A stretch of 63,779 bases of DNA, the filler included, from Octopus bimaculoides (taxonomy: Eukaryota), in NCBI RefSeq assembly GCF_001194135.2. It is 7 parts of 6 records of this genome, joined end to end, with 100 filler letters (N's around TTAATTAATTAA, not from the genome) between each part and the next. Parts side by side here need not be neighbours in the genome. Positions count along the whole stretch, not along the records: positions 1 to 19,083 come from NC_069000.1; positions 19,184 to 34,659 come from NC_069002.1; 5 more parts are not named here. One strand, given 5' to 3'. The position numbers were made by a program, and so were the translations under genes. Shown here in pieces: positions 11,999-24,328 of the stretch; position 1 is the first letter of the stretch, and each line of letters starts with the position of its first letter. The notes under the pieces are model-generated. The model searched no databases. It worked only from the letters and a program-made list of their open reading frames with translations, and was not told the DNA's origin.

Positions 11999-12303
11999 GA
12001 TTATTTTAAATGCAGTTAAGAGATCTGTTAGTTCAGCTAGTGAATACAATATTTAGCAGTAGTGCACCAATCTACTACACTTTGCTCTGCAAAACTGCTG
12101 CTATTCACCTGTTAACAGGTGTGTTTTGTGATAAGCAAACTTGCAGGATCCATGGTGTTATAAGTTAAGATAAAATTAGAGTGAGTAGTTTTAGTTGGAC
12201 CTCGATCTGCACAGCATCTTACTTCAAGGAGTTGACCATCACATATGGCAAACAGTTCTCCTCTTCCTGGTGACATAATGCTTCCATTAAGATCAGGAAT
12301 CAT
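11999..12303 (-). other. Probable 5' UTR portion of the ZNF coding exon, beginning at a splice acceptor
   Basis: Minus strand reads cctcatttttattgttgtag|ATGATTCC, a pyrimidine tract plus AG at 12305-12304. A 63-codon ORF (12303-12112) precedes the main ATG. Confidence 0.55.
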
Positions 12304-14334
12304 CTACAACAATAAAAATGAGGTTTAAGACAAAGTTATTTAAATAAAGAAGACTAAGACTAAATTGTCTTTTTTTAATATACATAATTTAAACATTAAT
12401 CAAAAGAATGATGTCTTAATTCAATAATACACACATCTGATAAACAAGTGAAAATAAGTTATAAATATTTTTGAACTTTTTTAAATATTTCCTACTGTAA
12501 GAAATAATTGTATAGTTCTACAAATCTAGGCTTTTGGAGAAATTCTCAGAACAGGGGTTTTGCTAATTAATGAAGTGAAGTAGTAATTTTATTTCAGTTT
12601 AGAGTACAATACAATATCTATGGTGGGATAAGAACTTTATTAGACTAACTCCAAAGGTAACACACCATCCAGCTCTCTATCATGTTAATAGTCAAACAGC
12701 AACATGATTTTCAATTCCTGGCTATTGCTATTCTTTTTCACTCAGAATAAATGCCCAAATATCACAAAATCTTATTTCCTAACTCTACAGTTCAGGGATG
12801 GTGGTTATTGACTCAGTTCGTAACTAATCCAAATACGATTCAGATATAGTATATGAAGGATGATATCATCCAGTGTATTTTTTCATTTTGTTTTAAAACC
12901 ATGTATAGGCTGCCGTAACTTGTCAACTATCTATATCATAAAATCAATATTAAACATTATATAGACCAATATGGCTTTACACTGTCTTCAATCTACTAGA
13001 AAAGGCAGCTAGATTTTCCTCTAAACACACCTTATGGGTTTTTTTTTAAATAAAGACATTGGATAATGTACTCCAGGATACTGTCTTTGTAAAAATACAG
13101 GAATATCAGATTTGAAATATAGTCCAATATAGTTCCAGTACAGAACATTTGAATAAAAGACAGGATGGTCAAAATTGGAGAGCATTTGATCATAAATCTG
13201 GTCAATCAAAGCTGACCTGAGGTTTAACAATAACAACTAGAGGTATTATTCATTGATAAGATGGGTAAGTTCAAATCATTGTGTCATGCAACCAAGCTTT
13301 TTGGCATGGCTGAAAGAAAAGAGAAACTGAATCTAATCTTAAAAAAACTTCAAACAGAAGCAACAATAAAATACTCATTTCAGATTTATCATACTAGACA
13401 AATGATTACAGAGTGAGAATTCATGAATTCTTGTTCAATGCTCGATAATTCTGAGGTAAAATCTTGACTTTCATCCCCACAACTGTCAACCAAGTACTAT
13501 TTGTTATTCAGCACTGATTCCTCAAACCTATGATCCAGTATCTTTATATACAAAGGACTACACTGTCCAATGTGCTCTTACTTCTTTTAAACCATTTGTT
13601 TGTTTTACATCCATTTTTCCATGTTAGCAGGAGTTAGATAAATATATATTACAGAGACGCTCTTTTAACAATTAAATGTCTTTCAGATCACTAACCCTAA
13701 CCTGTTTCTCAAGTAAATTTATTTCACTTATCTTGGAAAGGGGAAAGGAAAGTTAAGACCATTGGAAAAATGGGCTTTGTACAGTTTCTAAAAATTCACT
13801 CATAAAGCATTAGTCAGCCCTGGGCTATATTAGAAGGCTACAGCAGAAGATACTGATGGGATAGAACCTGAAACCATGTGGTTGAACTTTTCAACCACAC
13901 AGATTTGGCTGTCATTTCTAGCAGATCAAGTGACTGCTTAGAAGCTCTCTCATTGATTCAATAAATTACAAGTTGCACATTAAAGTCAAAACCACTAAAC
14001 CATTTACCTTCCTATTATAGAAAAGAGCTTATACCTAAATCAGAGGAATTACTATTATCTCCCAATATCAAATTTTATGTACTATACCAGCAGTCTTAAA
14101 GCTCTAATGGTGGCTTTTTGAAAGAAGTCTGCATTTCACATAATAAGATACATTTTTGTTGATTACATAGTATCTATTCATTACAGTGACAATTTACAAT
14201 TTATATTTCTAACTTTACTACTTATAATTACATTTTCTCAATAAATATAATTAGATTTTCCTTTTAATTTAAAATAGATTTTCTTTAAAGTGACCATATT
14301 AGATTAATTTACAATAACTCAATTAATTAGGAAG

Positions 14335-15965
14335 AGAGTTAGTGTAGATGAGATACAGTTCAGATTTGTGCCAGGCAGGAGCATGATTGATGCTATATTC
14401 CTGTGTATGCAACTGCAGGAGAAATATCTAGCCAAAAATAAACCCTTGTACCTGGCTTTTGTCGACATGGAGAAAGCCTTTGACAGAGTTCCCCTGTGCC
14501 CTTATCTGGTGGTCAATGTGAAAGCTATAGGTAGATGAGGGGCTGGTGAGAGCTGTACAAGCCATGTACAGGGATGCTGTCTGTAAGGTGAAGATTAGCA
14601 ATGAGTATAGCAATAAATTCAGGGTACAAGTAAGGGTTCATCAAGGATCAGTCCCTCAGCCCCCTCTTCATCGTAGTCCTCCAAGCAATAACAGGAATTT
14701 AAGACAAGCTGCCCCTGGGAGTTTCTCTATGCTGATGACCATGTTCTTATAGCCCAATCACTACCAAAACTAGAGAAGAAATTTCAGGCATGGAAGCAAG
14801 GTCTAGACTCAAAGGACCTTAGAGTTAATCTAGCAAAAATTAAAGTCTTAGTAAATAAGAGAGCAGACAAATCACAAATCCCTTCACGTAGATGGTCCTA
14901 CATAGGTAGTAACTCGATAAGATGTACCCGGTGTAAGCTATGGACACATAGGTGCAGCAATATTGGAGGAAGGTTAACAGGGAAAATAATTTTTGTGTGT
15001 AGAAGGTGCACAGGTACAATTAACACCAAAAATGTACAGAAAATAGACTCCATCAGGGAAAATAGACACCAGCAGGGAAAACTAGAAGTAGTTGATAGCT
15101 TCCATTACCTAAGTGACCAAGGCAGTAATGGAGGTGGATGCTCTGAGAGCGTAGCTGCTAGAATAAGAATAGGCTGGGCAAAGTTCAGAGAGCTCCTATT
15201 GCTGTTGGTAATAAAGGGCCTCTCCTTCAGAATGAAAGGCAGATTGTATGATGCCTGTGTGCGAGGCTGTGACCACCAAGGACATGCAAAGGCTTGAAAG
15301 AAATGAAGCTAGTATGCTTCACTGGATGTGCAATGTCAGTGTGCATGCACAACAGTGTAAGCATCTTGAGAGAAAAATTGGGCATAAGAGGCATCAGATG
15401 TGATGTGCAAGAGAGTCGACTGTGCTGATATGGTCATTTGATACATATGGATGAGGACAGGTGTGTGGAGAAGTGCCAATCTCTAATGGTGGAAGGAACC
15501 TGTGGAAGAGGTAGACTCAGGAAGATATGGGACAAGGTGGTGAAGCATGATCTTTGAACAGAGGCAATGACAAGTGACTAAGACCTTTGGTGATATGCCA
15601 TGGTCAAGAAAACCCGTCAAGCTAAGTGAAATCACAGTCATGGCTGATGCCAGTGTTGCATAACTAGCACTTGTGCCAGGGGCACATAAAAAGTACCCTT
15701 CAAACATTGGACGATATGCTATGCTAAAGAAGACCCATCAAGCCAAGTGAAATTGTAGTCATGGCCAATGCCAATGTCAAGTAACTTGCACCCATGCCGG
15801 TAGCATGTAAAAAGCATCCACTACACTCTGTGTAAAAAGCACCTACTACACTGAGTTGTTGGCATTAGGAAAACCATCCAGCTGTAGAAATCATGCCAAA
15901 TCAGTGCAGCTTACCAGTTTTCAGTCAAACCCTCCAACCCATAAATGACATTGATGATAATGATC
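14335..15965 (+). mobile_element. 5'-truncated, frameshifted RTE-clade LINE (RT domain plus 3' UTR)
   Basis: Pieces translate to QFRFVPGRSMIDAIF..LQEKYLAKNKPLYLAFVDMEKAFDRVP, VQVRVHQGSV, FLYADD and ESVAARIRIGWAKFRELL. Ends in the RTE tail and gatgataatgat. Confidence 0.85.
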
Positions 15966-16224
15966 TTTCAAAGATACTCTGCTCATGCTAAAACACAAAT
16001 GCGTTAAAGTCACAGTAGAGTCATTTCTTTGAATAATCAATAAACTGACATCAGAAGGCTGACTTTGCTAAAATTCATAGAAACTCTGTTATTTAGAAAA
16101 CTTTTGAACACCATTGTATATAAGAAAATTGTCTTCCAAATGAATATTCCAAAGACAGTCACAATACTGTGCTAAAGGCTACTGAAGAAAGGAAAAAGAA
16201 ACTACATAGTAAATTATGGTTCCA

Positions 16225-16380
16225 AATTATGCCTGGGTACATAATGACTGTGTGGTTAAGAAGTTCATTTTGCAACCATGTGTCACTAGATTTGATCCAA
16301 TTGTACAGGACCTTGGGCAAGTGCTTCTACTACATCCACAGATTGCCTAATATCTTGTGAATGGAACTATGCACAAGCTC
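16225..16380 (+). mobile_element. SINE family A, degraded
   Basis: gactgtgtggttaagaagttc...caaccatgtg...ccttgggcaagtgcttctact. Confidence 0.55.
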
Positions 16381-16399
16381 ATTGTGTATGTGTGTATCA

Positions 16400-16580
16400 C
16401 CATCATCATCATCGTTTAAAATGGAGCTGGCCACCTGGGAGCTGCTAGACTCCAACTGTCTGTTATAGCATGGTTTCTACAGCTGGATGCCCTTCCTAAT
16501 ACCAACCATTTAACAGAGTGCTGGGTGCATTAACACAGCACTGGCATGGATGCGTTAACACAGCACCAGCATGGGGATTT
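16400..16580 (-). mobile_element. Degraded RTE LINE 3' end
   Basis: catcatcatcatcgtttaa...tttctacagctggatgcccttcctaataccaacc is the reverse complement of the RTE tail. Confidence 0.6.
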
Positions 16581-17288
16581 TTAATGTGTCATTGGTATCT
16601 GAAAGGACAAGTCTGTATGTGTGGAAGACAGAGATTTTACTTAGCTTGACATGTTGTATCAAGTACAGCAAATGGCCAGAACAAGACGAAAACGTTTTGA
16701 TATTATTTCTTCACTATTACATGTGTTTCATTTGCTAGTAAAAATTACAAAGCTTTATATGCTAGAGAAAGATGTAAGAGATTTCCTATTAAAAGTTCTT
16801 CAGACAGAGAACAAATGATACTCTGATTTCTTAGCAAGTGAAAGGTGTCATAGTGTATAAAAAATACCAAAAAATTTTCCAACTTCCTGTTTTGTTATAT
16901 CAAAAATTCTGCAGAGGATATTTCCAAAATTTTCGACTCTTATATATAATTGGCATCAATGTAACAATGCCATCTACATACTAGATTGTAATACCAGATG
17001 TGCTTCAGCAGAACATGGCTTGGGTTTCACCCTATCTACATTATATATATATATATATAATCATAAATATATAGGGCTTAGCATGAGATGCNNNNNNNNN
17101 NNNNNNNNNNNNNNNNNNNNNNNNNNNNNNNNNNNNNNNNNNNNNNNNNNNNNNNNNNNNNNNNNNNNNNNNNNNNNNNNNNNNNNNNNNNTATATATAT
17201 AGTTAGTCAATAAAACATATCAGAAAAGACGCACACTCTAAAGAAGAGAGCAGTAATTATTAAAACAAAAAATTAAATTCTGGTCATA

Positions 17289-17352
17289 AGAGTTACCAAA
17301 GGTTTTGTATCCACGAAAGCCACAGCCTTGTGGACAGCTCATCTGATTCTAT
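17289..17352 (-). ncRNA. Second copy of the same hammerhead motif, with U4A and G12A changes
   Basis: Minus strand: atagaat CAGATGA GCTGTCCAC aaggctgtggctttc GTGGATAC AAAA CC TTT GGTA ACTCT. Confidence 0.5.
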
Positions 17353-18057
17353 ACAAAAACAAGAAAATTAAATTTTCCACCCTTGTGGACATGAGCAAAT
17401 GCTCAGATATCGAGATTTAATGGTTAACATATAAAAACGCTGAGGATGGGTTATCTCCCCTGGACCAGAGGATAAAAAAATCCTTACAGATCCAAAATAA
17501 CCTAACCAGCAAATGGGGAGATCCAATTTTCCAGTAGATAGTATTTGAAATGGACACATTTAGTGAAAACTTCTTTTGGACTATTTAATGTCCTTTAGCA
17601 TAGTCCTTAAGAATTTTGGTTCTCTCCGCGATGCACATTTTGCAATAGCCACTCCCATTAATATATGGGCCTGGATGTTCTATTATTTTCCACCTGATAT
17701 TACATGGGGTCACTTGATCTTTGAGGTGCCATACATGGTTGGCTAGGGACGCAACAAAACATCTTTCTGAGACTCTGAAGGATGACTGGTGGTTGCAGAG
17801 GCAACGTTTGAAAGATGTACTGGCTGATCTGATATATTTACAAACTTAGGATGTGGCTATATTCGGGCACTCCTGGTATATCTCTGGTAGTCTCTGGGCC
17901 TGGGGATTCTGCTGGTAACACCATTGCTGACGTTAATATGGTGCAATGATCTGACAGTGTTATCGTTTCTGGTCATGTGGTTGCAATGTAGCTGCTGGCA
18001 TTAGTGTTGGGGCGGCTGGTGGTAACATACATCTGCGTGGTAGAAAGTTTAATTTTG

Positions 18058-18121
18058 TAGAGTCTGACGAGCTGTCCACAAGGTTGTGGCTTTCATGGAT
18101 ACAAAACCTTTGGTAACTCTA
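18058..18121 (+). ncRNA. Type I hammerhead motif with G12A substitution (likely inactive)
   Basis: TAGAGT | CTGACGA | G-C-TGTCCA...TGGATA-C | AAAA (for GAAA) | CC TTT GG TA | ACTCTA. Six-bp stem I, 3-bp stem III, GUA triplet. Confidence 0.6.
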
Positions 18122-18886
18122 TGACCAGAATTTAACTTTTTGTTTTAATATATATATGTTTAGCTGTTCCAGCAAAGTATATGATTTTAGTGGCAGATAA
18201 GGGTAAACTGACACCTGTGCTGATCATTTGTATCTTTGAAGAACTCCAACATATAAAGCACAATATTTGTAATATACCTAAGTTTACATCTACCACAAGG
18301 GAAACTTCTATGTGGTCGTCCGTCCTGCTAGAAACAGCAGCGAATTCTCCCTGAAATTACTTTACACTATATCAAAAAAGGATACTAGGATGTGATCTTA
18401 AGTTCTTTGTAGATAGGAAAAAATGACGAAATGATCAGGTTGGAATTCTTTTAAAAATCAGTTGCTCGCTCAGGCCTGCCACGGGGATTAAACTGCAACT
18501 TCTATGTGTCCGCTATAAAACAACCCTACTGTCTAAAAAATCCTAAGACAAAAAATAAAAAGAAAAAAGACACAATGGGTAATGTAGTCCAGAGAAAAAG
18601 ACAAAATGGTCGCGACATGATTGTCCTGGAACAGGTTTGTTCATCCAGAACTGACCTGGGCATTCAAAAAAAAACTAGAAAAAATAATAAAATGCATCGT
18701 ACAAATAACACCTTAAAGAGGAACATAACCGAATTTCTTTTAAAACGGTAGATCTTCTAACACAAATAATAATTAACTCCTATGATAGGATGGGGTAAAA
18801 GAGTATAATATTCGGTTAAATTGCACAAAATGAATCTGAAGTTTATAACCTGAAGCATTTAGCTCATAGTTCGGGTCAAAGGATTA

Positions 18887-19083
18887 TTCATCATCATCAT
18901 CATCATCATCATCGTTTAACGTCCGCTTTCCATGCTAGCATGGGTTGGACGATTTGACTGAGGACTGGTGAAACCGGATGGCAACACCAGGCTCCAGTCT
19001 GATTTGGCAGAGTTTCTACAGCTGGATGCCCTTCCTAACGCCAACCACTCAGAGAGTGTAGTGGGTGCTTTTACGTGTCACCC
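18887..19083 (-). mobile_element. RTE LINE 3' end, young copy, truncated by an assembly join
   Basis: Reverse complement of about 110-314 with 3 substitutions seen over about 180 nt. Confidence 0.8.
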
Positions 19084-19183
19084 NNNNNNNNNNNNNNNNN
19101 NNNNNNNNNNNNNNNNNNNNNNNNNNNTTAATTAATTAANNNNNNNNNNNNNNNNNNNNNNNNNNNNNNNNNNNNNNNNNNNN
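19084..19183. other. Artificial scaffold-join linker (44N-TTAATTAATTAA-44N)
   Basis: The same 12-mer in N padding occurs at 19128, 34704, 44551, 46146, 54281 and 56213. It encodes stops in all six frames. Confidence 0.9.
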
Positions 19184-19559
19184 GTGTGTGTGTGTGTGTG
19201 TGTGTGTGAATGAGTGAAAGCCGCTGTCCATCAATGTCCGTTGGTTTCTTCAAAAATGTCTTGCAGGAAAATAACCCAATTCATTTTCTTATCTGGTATT
19301 TTTTTGTTTTTGTGGGTTTTTTTTTTTTGTAGAGTTGTTTGACTCTGGTTGTGGCGGGTGGGGGTGCGTCTATGTCCCGCAGAAATATTGAGGAAATATG
19401 AAGGGTCAAAAATTAAGCTCAAAATTTTCCTTTTGGTTTTCCAAACAGGGCAAAAACTATGGAAAATAAATTTCTTATCCCAGCATAAACCACGTGTGCA
19501 ACATGTGACACAGAAATAATCAGTCAAGGGAAATAAATCAATAAGCTCTAATCGAAAAG

Positions 19560-19820
19560 TGATCGATTTGCAACACGTCTTCCCAAGATAAGATACAAGA
19601 ACAATAAAGACTCCCTTCAGTCATGATGTTACCCAAGGGAAAGGCAAAGGGCCGATAAAGGTTGGCACCAGTGACGTCACAACTTATTTCTAGAGATGAG
19701 TGAACTGGAGCAACGTGAAATAAAGTGTCTTGCTCAAGAACACAACACACAACCCCGTCCGGGAATCGAACTCACTACCTTATGATTGTGAGCCAGATGC
19801 TCCAACCACTGAGCCAGCAA
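19560..19820 (-). mobile_element. tRNA-headed SINE, family B
   Basis: Minus strand GGCTCAGTGG (A box), GAGTTCGATTCCC (B box), then gtgttgtgttcttgagcaagacactttatttcacgttgctccagttcactc, a CORE/Meta-like conserved domain (domain assignment uncertain). Confidence 0.75.
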
Positions 19821-20334
19821 TAGCTTGTAGACACTGGGTCACAAAAAGGCGAAAGGCTACAAATGGGACACGAACCTATAACAAATAGTTCACTCAGATA
19901 AGAATAAAGTTTATATAATGGAAAGAGAAATATGAAAGANNNNNNNNNNNNNNNNNNNNNNNNNNNNNNNNNNNNNNNNNNNNNNNNNNNNNNNNNNNNN
20001 NNNNNNNNNNNNNNNNNNNNNNNNNNNNNNNNNNNNNNNNNNNNNNNNNNNNNNNNNNNNNNNNNNNNNNNNNNNNNNNNNNNNNNNNNNNNNNNNNNNN
20101 NNNNNNNNNNNNNNNNNNNNNNNNNNNNNNNNNNNNNNNNNNNNNNNNNNNNNNNNNNNNNNNNNNNNNNNNNNNNNNNNNNNNNNNNNNNNNNNNNNNN
20201 NNNNNNNNNNNNNNNNNNNNNNNNNNNNNNNNNNNNNNNNNNNNNNNNNNNNNNNNNNNNNNNNNNNNNNNNNNNNNNNNNNNNNNNNNNTATATATATA
20301 TATATGCACATACATAAATTCTTTTATTCTTCTA

Positions 20335-20525
20335 CTTGCTTCAATAATTTGACTGGGGCTATGCTGGAGCACCACCTTGGAGGGATTTAGTCGAACAAAT
20401 CTACCACCAAACTTATCATCTTAAGCCTAGTACTAATTCTATCGAATTTTTTTGCCGAACCGTTAAGTTACAGGGACGTAAACACACTAACACCGGTTGT
20501 CAAGCGGTGGTGGGGTGGAGACAAT
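20335..20525 (-). mobile_element. SINE family A, 3' half
   Basis: Reverse complement of the 3' part of the 4378 copy (gccgaaccgttaagttacagggacgtaaacacac..ccggttgtcaagcg). Confidence 0.65.
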
Positions 20526-21024
20526 ATATATACATATTTGCGTTATATTTCTATATTTATTAACATATTACTATATTCATGTTACATATATAAAGGTGGC
20601 ATCGTCTTTCTTGATTTCGACCGAAAGTTTCTCTTCGTATGTCGAGTGAAAGACAAAGGGAATTGTTGCTCCTGGTCATGGCTGACACAGAAGTGGGTGA
20701 GAAAGGAAATGATCTCTGTTATATAGACTGTGCTAGAATGTGGGTCAAATCCTAAACAAAGGACTGATCTTTCCGCGACTAGCAAAGGCCTTTGTAGGCC
20801 AAGTGTTTCTCATTAATTAATCATCTGGTGTGAAGATGCAAACAAAGGATTTCTTGCTTGTTTGGCAAGCAACAAGCGGGTGGATTTGGTTTCGAATCTC
20901 AGGCAAGCCGGGCCAAGCGAGGTCCCTACATATATATCCACATGTGTATGTGCGTGTTTGTGTGCGCATGCGTGTGTGCACGTGCGTGTGCCTGTGTGTG
21001 TAAATATATATGTATGAATATATA

Positions 21025-21394
21025 GTAAAGTTTATTTACCAACAGAATGTGGCAGTCCTACACAGGACGATGTTACTACTGTTTAACACCAGGAAAAATC
21101 TTTTCCAGCTGGCTTTTGACACACATTTTGTGTCCGTATAGCATGAGCAAGGGAGTTGAGTAAGCCCTCATCGCTGGCCTGTGATTACTTCACACCGAAG
21201 ACGGGAAGCAACCCAGAAACCTAGGTCTGTGAGTATCACGAAGGCTAGAGATGCGAGCGATAAACTCCTTTGCTCATGCTATTCGGATACAAACTGTGAC
21301 GGTAGCCAGCTGGAAAAGATGTTTTCCTGGGTCTAAACAGTAGAAACATGCTCCTGTGTAGGACTGTCACATTCTATTGGCAAATGAACTTTAC
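21025..21394. mobile_element. Foldback MITE-like palindromic element
   Basis: Left half gtaaagtttatttaccaacagaatgtggcagtcctacacagg...atcttttccagctggct...tagcatgagcaagggagtt matches the reverse complement of the right half over about 170 nt, with a short central spacer. Confidence 0.75.
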
Positions 21395-21448
21395 AGTTCG
21401 GTATTGTTACTGCATATCTCTCACTCAGAGATTTAAATCTATGAATAT

Positions 21449-22552
21449 ATATTAGTTCATCAAGTATGACATTTGTAGAAAAGAAAAACAAGTTTGCTAA
21501 TGTTTTATAAATACAAGGAATAGTTTTATTCATCAAAATATGCACCTATATTGTCAATACACTTTTGCCATTTCAGCTGTAGCTTGTCAAGCCTGGAACT
21601 GTAAAAGCCTGGCGATCTAGAGTCAATAAAATCCTGGAAGGCCTCTTTTACAGCATCGTGGGAATTAATTTTTTTCCTATCAAAAAGTTATCCAAATTCT
21701 AGAAGAAGTGGTCGTCAGGGGGAACAAGATCAGATGAGTATTGTGGATGATGGAGAACTTCCAACTCCAATTCCTGTAGTTTCGCTAATGTCATGTTTGC
21801 GATGTGTGGCCTGGCGTTATCTTGCAATAAAATAGGAGTGGATTTTTGTTGACTAACCTAGGCTGTTTTTCGTAAGTTCCTGCATCAATTGGTCCACGTG
21901 GCTGCAGTATACTTCGGCCGAGATTGATGGGCCAGGTTTAATGAAATCATAATGAATCACACCTGCGCGAGACCACCAAACACACACCATCAGCTTCTTT
22001 TGATAAATTTCGCTTTTTCGACTGTGTTTTGGTGGCTCTTCTTTGTCCAACCATTGTGCTGAACGTTTACGGTTGTTGTATTGGATCCATTTCTCATCAC
22101 ATGTTATAATTCTATTCAAAAATGATTCATTTTTGTGATGAGAAAGTAGCATAATGCAGGCTTCCAAACGTTGCTTTTTCTGATTTTCATTGAGTTCATG
22201 TGGAACCCACTTATCCAACTTTTTCCCTCTACCGATTTGAACTAGGTGAGTCAATATTGTTTGCTTGCTAACACCAAACAACAACGATAATTCACGAGCA
22301 CTTTGAGATGGATCTGACTCGACGGTGGCTTTCAGTTCGTCATTATCCACCTTTGTTTCTGGTCGACCGCGTTGCTCATTTGTGAGGTCAAAGTTACGAG
22401 AACGAAATTTTGCAAACCAATTTGCTACCGTCTTCTGTGTAATAACATTAGAATGAAATACTCCATTAATATTCTGAGCTGTCTGTGATGCTGTATTTCC
22501 AAGAAAGAACTCATATTTCAAAACTGTACGAATTTCCGACTTATCCGTCTCT
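21449..22552 (-). mobile_element. Mariner (DD34D) transposon, decayed; 5' end lost in a gap
   Basis: Transposase WVPHELNENQK..CDEKW..KLMVCVWW, then frameshifted QDNARPH..HPQYSSDLVPPDDHFF to a stop at 21526. Terminus tattagttcatcaagtatgac abuts a TA run. Confidence 0.88.
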
Positions 22553-24328
22553 NNNNNNNNNNNNNNNNNNNNNNNNNNNNNNNNNNNNNNNNNNNNNNNN
22601 NNNNNNNNNNNNNNNNNNNNNNNNNNNNNNNNNNNNNNNNNNNNNNNNNNNNNNNNNNNNNNNNNNNNNNNNNNNNNNNNNNNNNNNNNNNNNNNNNNNN
22701 NNNNNNNNNNNNNNNNNNNNNNNNNNNNNNNNNNNNNNNNNNNNNNNNNNNNNNNNNNNNNNNNNNNNNNNNNNNNNNNNNNNNNNNNNNNNNNNNNNNN
22801 NNNNNNNNNNNNNNNNNNNNNNNNNNNNNNNNNNNNNNNNNNNNNNNNNNNNNNNNNNNNNNNNNNNNNNNTGTGTGTGTATGTATGTATGTATGTATGC
22901 ATGTATGTGTGTGTATGTACTCCCCACTCTCACCTCCCCCACCTCCCAACACCATCACAACACACCACCATGCACACACCAGCACTGACCAATTCCCATC
23001 CCCACATTTTCACACCGACTCATACACACATGCACACGTCAAGATCACCAGCACTCTCTTACACACGCGCACCTTCGTTTTGGGATCACTACGACTTTGT
23101 TATCTCCCCTTCTTCTTAACTCTCCTGTGTGACCCTTCTGTCCGGCATTCGCCATGATAGATCGCTAACCNNNNNNNNNNNNNNNNNNNNNNNNNNNNNN
23201 NNNNNNNNNNNNNNNNNNNNNNNNNNNNNNNNNNNNNNNNNNNNNNNNNNNNNNNNNNNNNNNNNNNNNNNNNNNNNNNNNNNNNNNNNNNNNNNNNNNN
23301 NNNNNNNNNNNNNNNNNNNNNNNNNNNNNNNNNNNNNNNNNNNNNNNNNNNNNNNNNNNATACATATAGGTATATGTATAAATGTGTATGCATATATGTG
23401 TGTGTGTGTGCGTGTAAGAAACAAGTTTAAAATAATACTCCTTACATATTATTCCTTTGTTAGAGCAATTTTGACTTACAGCTGTTTCCTGTAGTCATTA
23501 TAAGTGCATTACTGATAGGTTTGCTCAATTGGTCTGTTGATCAATTGAGTCATTTTGAACGGTCAGAGCCATTTCTGGTTATAACAAGCAGAGGCATGGC
23601 TATTTTGTGGGGAAAGTGTAAGAAGACGGAAATGTTCAAGTACAATACAGAACAGAGGAGACAGGTTACAAAGGAATTGAAGTAGGTAAGGGAATGGTAC
23701 AGGAGTCACTCACTAGAAGTAGGGGCATTGTATTGCCAAATTTGGAAGAGGAACAATCTAAAACATTAGTGTTTGTAGTCAGGTCAGCTCCCATTACTAT
23801 ATTGGCATTGTATATAGTTTAGATATTCTCCAGTTATTGTTTAAATATTTGATATGGGCTTTTCATGGACATGGTCAGTCTAAGACAGTCATGTTCTGTT
23901 TTTAAACTAGCGTAGTGGGGAAATAACGCTAGAAAATGAAAGGATACTATTTGTAGTCGTATTGTAGAGATCATGAATGTTCTTATTATCAGGGTGTAAA
24001 TACTGATAGATTTAGAGATGTTGTTATAAATGGGCTGATGCCAAGTTAAAGTTGTTGAAATTTAGATGTAAATTCAGGTTAACTTGATAAGTCAGGTTTT
24101 CAAATATAAACTAATAAGGTTAAAGTTTCTAAATTTAGCATTGAAGTAAAGATATAGAAGAATAGAGTAAATTTGCAGAGTAATGTATTATACCAAAATG
24201 AAGGTGATAGCACCAACATCGACATCAATATCAGTAATATCGATAAAAGATCAATAAGATAATCTTTCAAATGGCGGAGAGACATATCAGTAATAAATAT
24301 CAATGTTATTAATAAAATAACAATAAGA

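Larger units (their letters stand above)
17258..18150 (-). mobile_element. Short Penelope-like element with inverted hammerhead-containing terminal repeats
   Basis: About 105-bp inverted repeats (17258-about 17370 and about 18040-18150). Internal minus-strand frame KYIRSASTSFKRCLCNHQSSFRVSERCFVASLANHVWHLKDQVTPCNIRWKIIEHPGPYINGSGYCKMCIAERTKILKDYAKGH*, then frameshifted LNSPKEVFTKCVHFKYYLLENW, a PLE GIY-YIG C-terminus. Confidence 0.8.

Noticed and set aside
12000-12049. ORF-track start MYSLAEL for the ZNF
   Set aside because: The codon at 12049 is TTG; the first in-frame ATG is 11998 unless an upstream exon is spliced in.
19128-19139. Recurrent palindromic TTAATTAATTAA as a biological motif
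   Set aside because: Always centred in 44-N padding; an assembly linker.
23480-24300. Possible non-LTR endonuclease relic on the minus strand
   Set aside because: Only faint motifs (NFNLISLY, NIVMGADL) amid many stops; too degraded to call.
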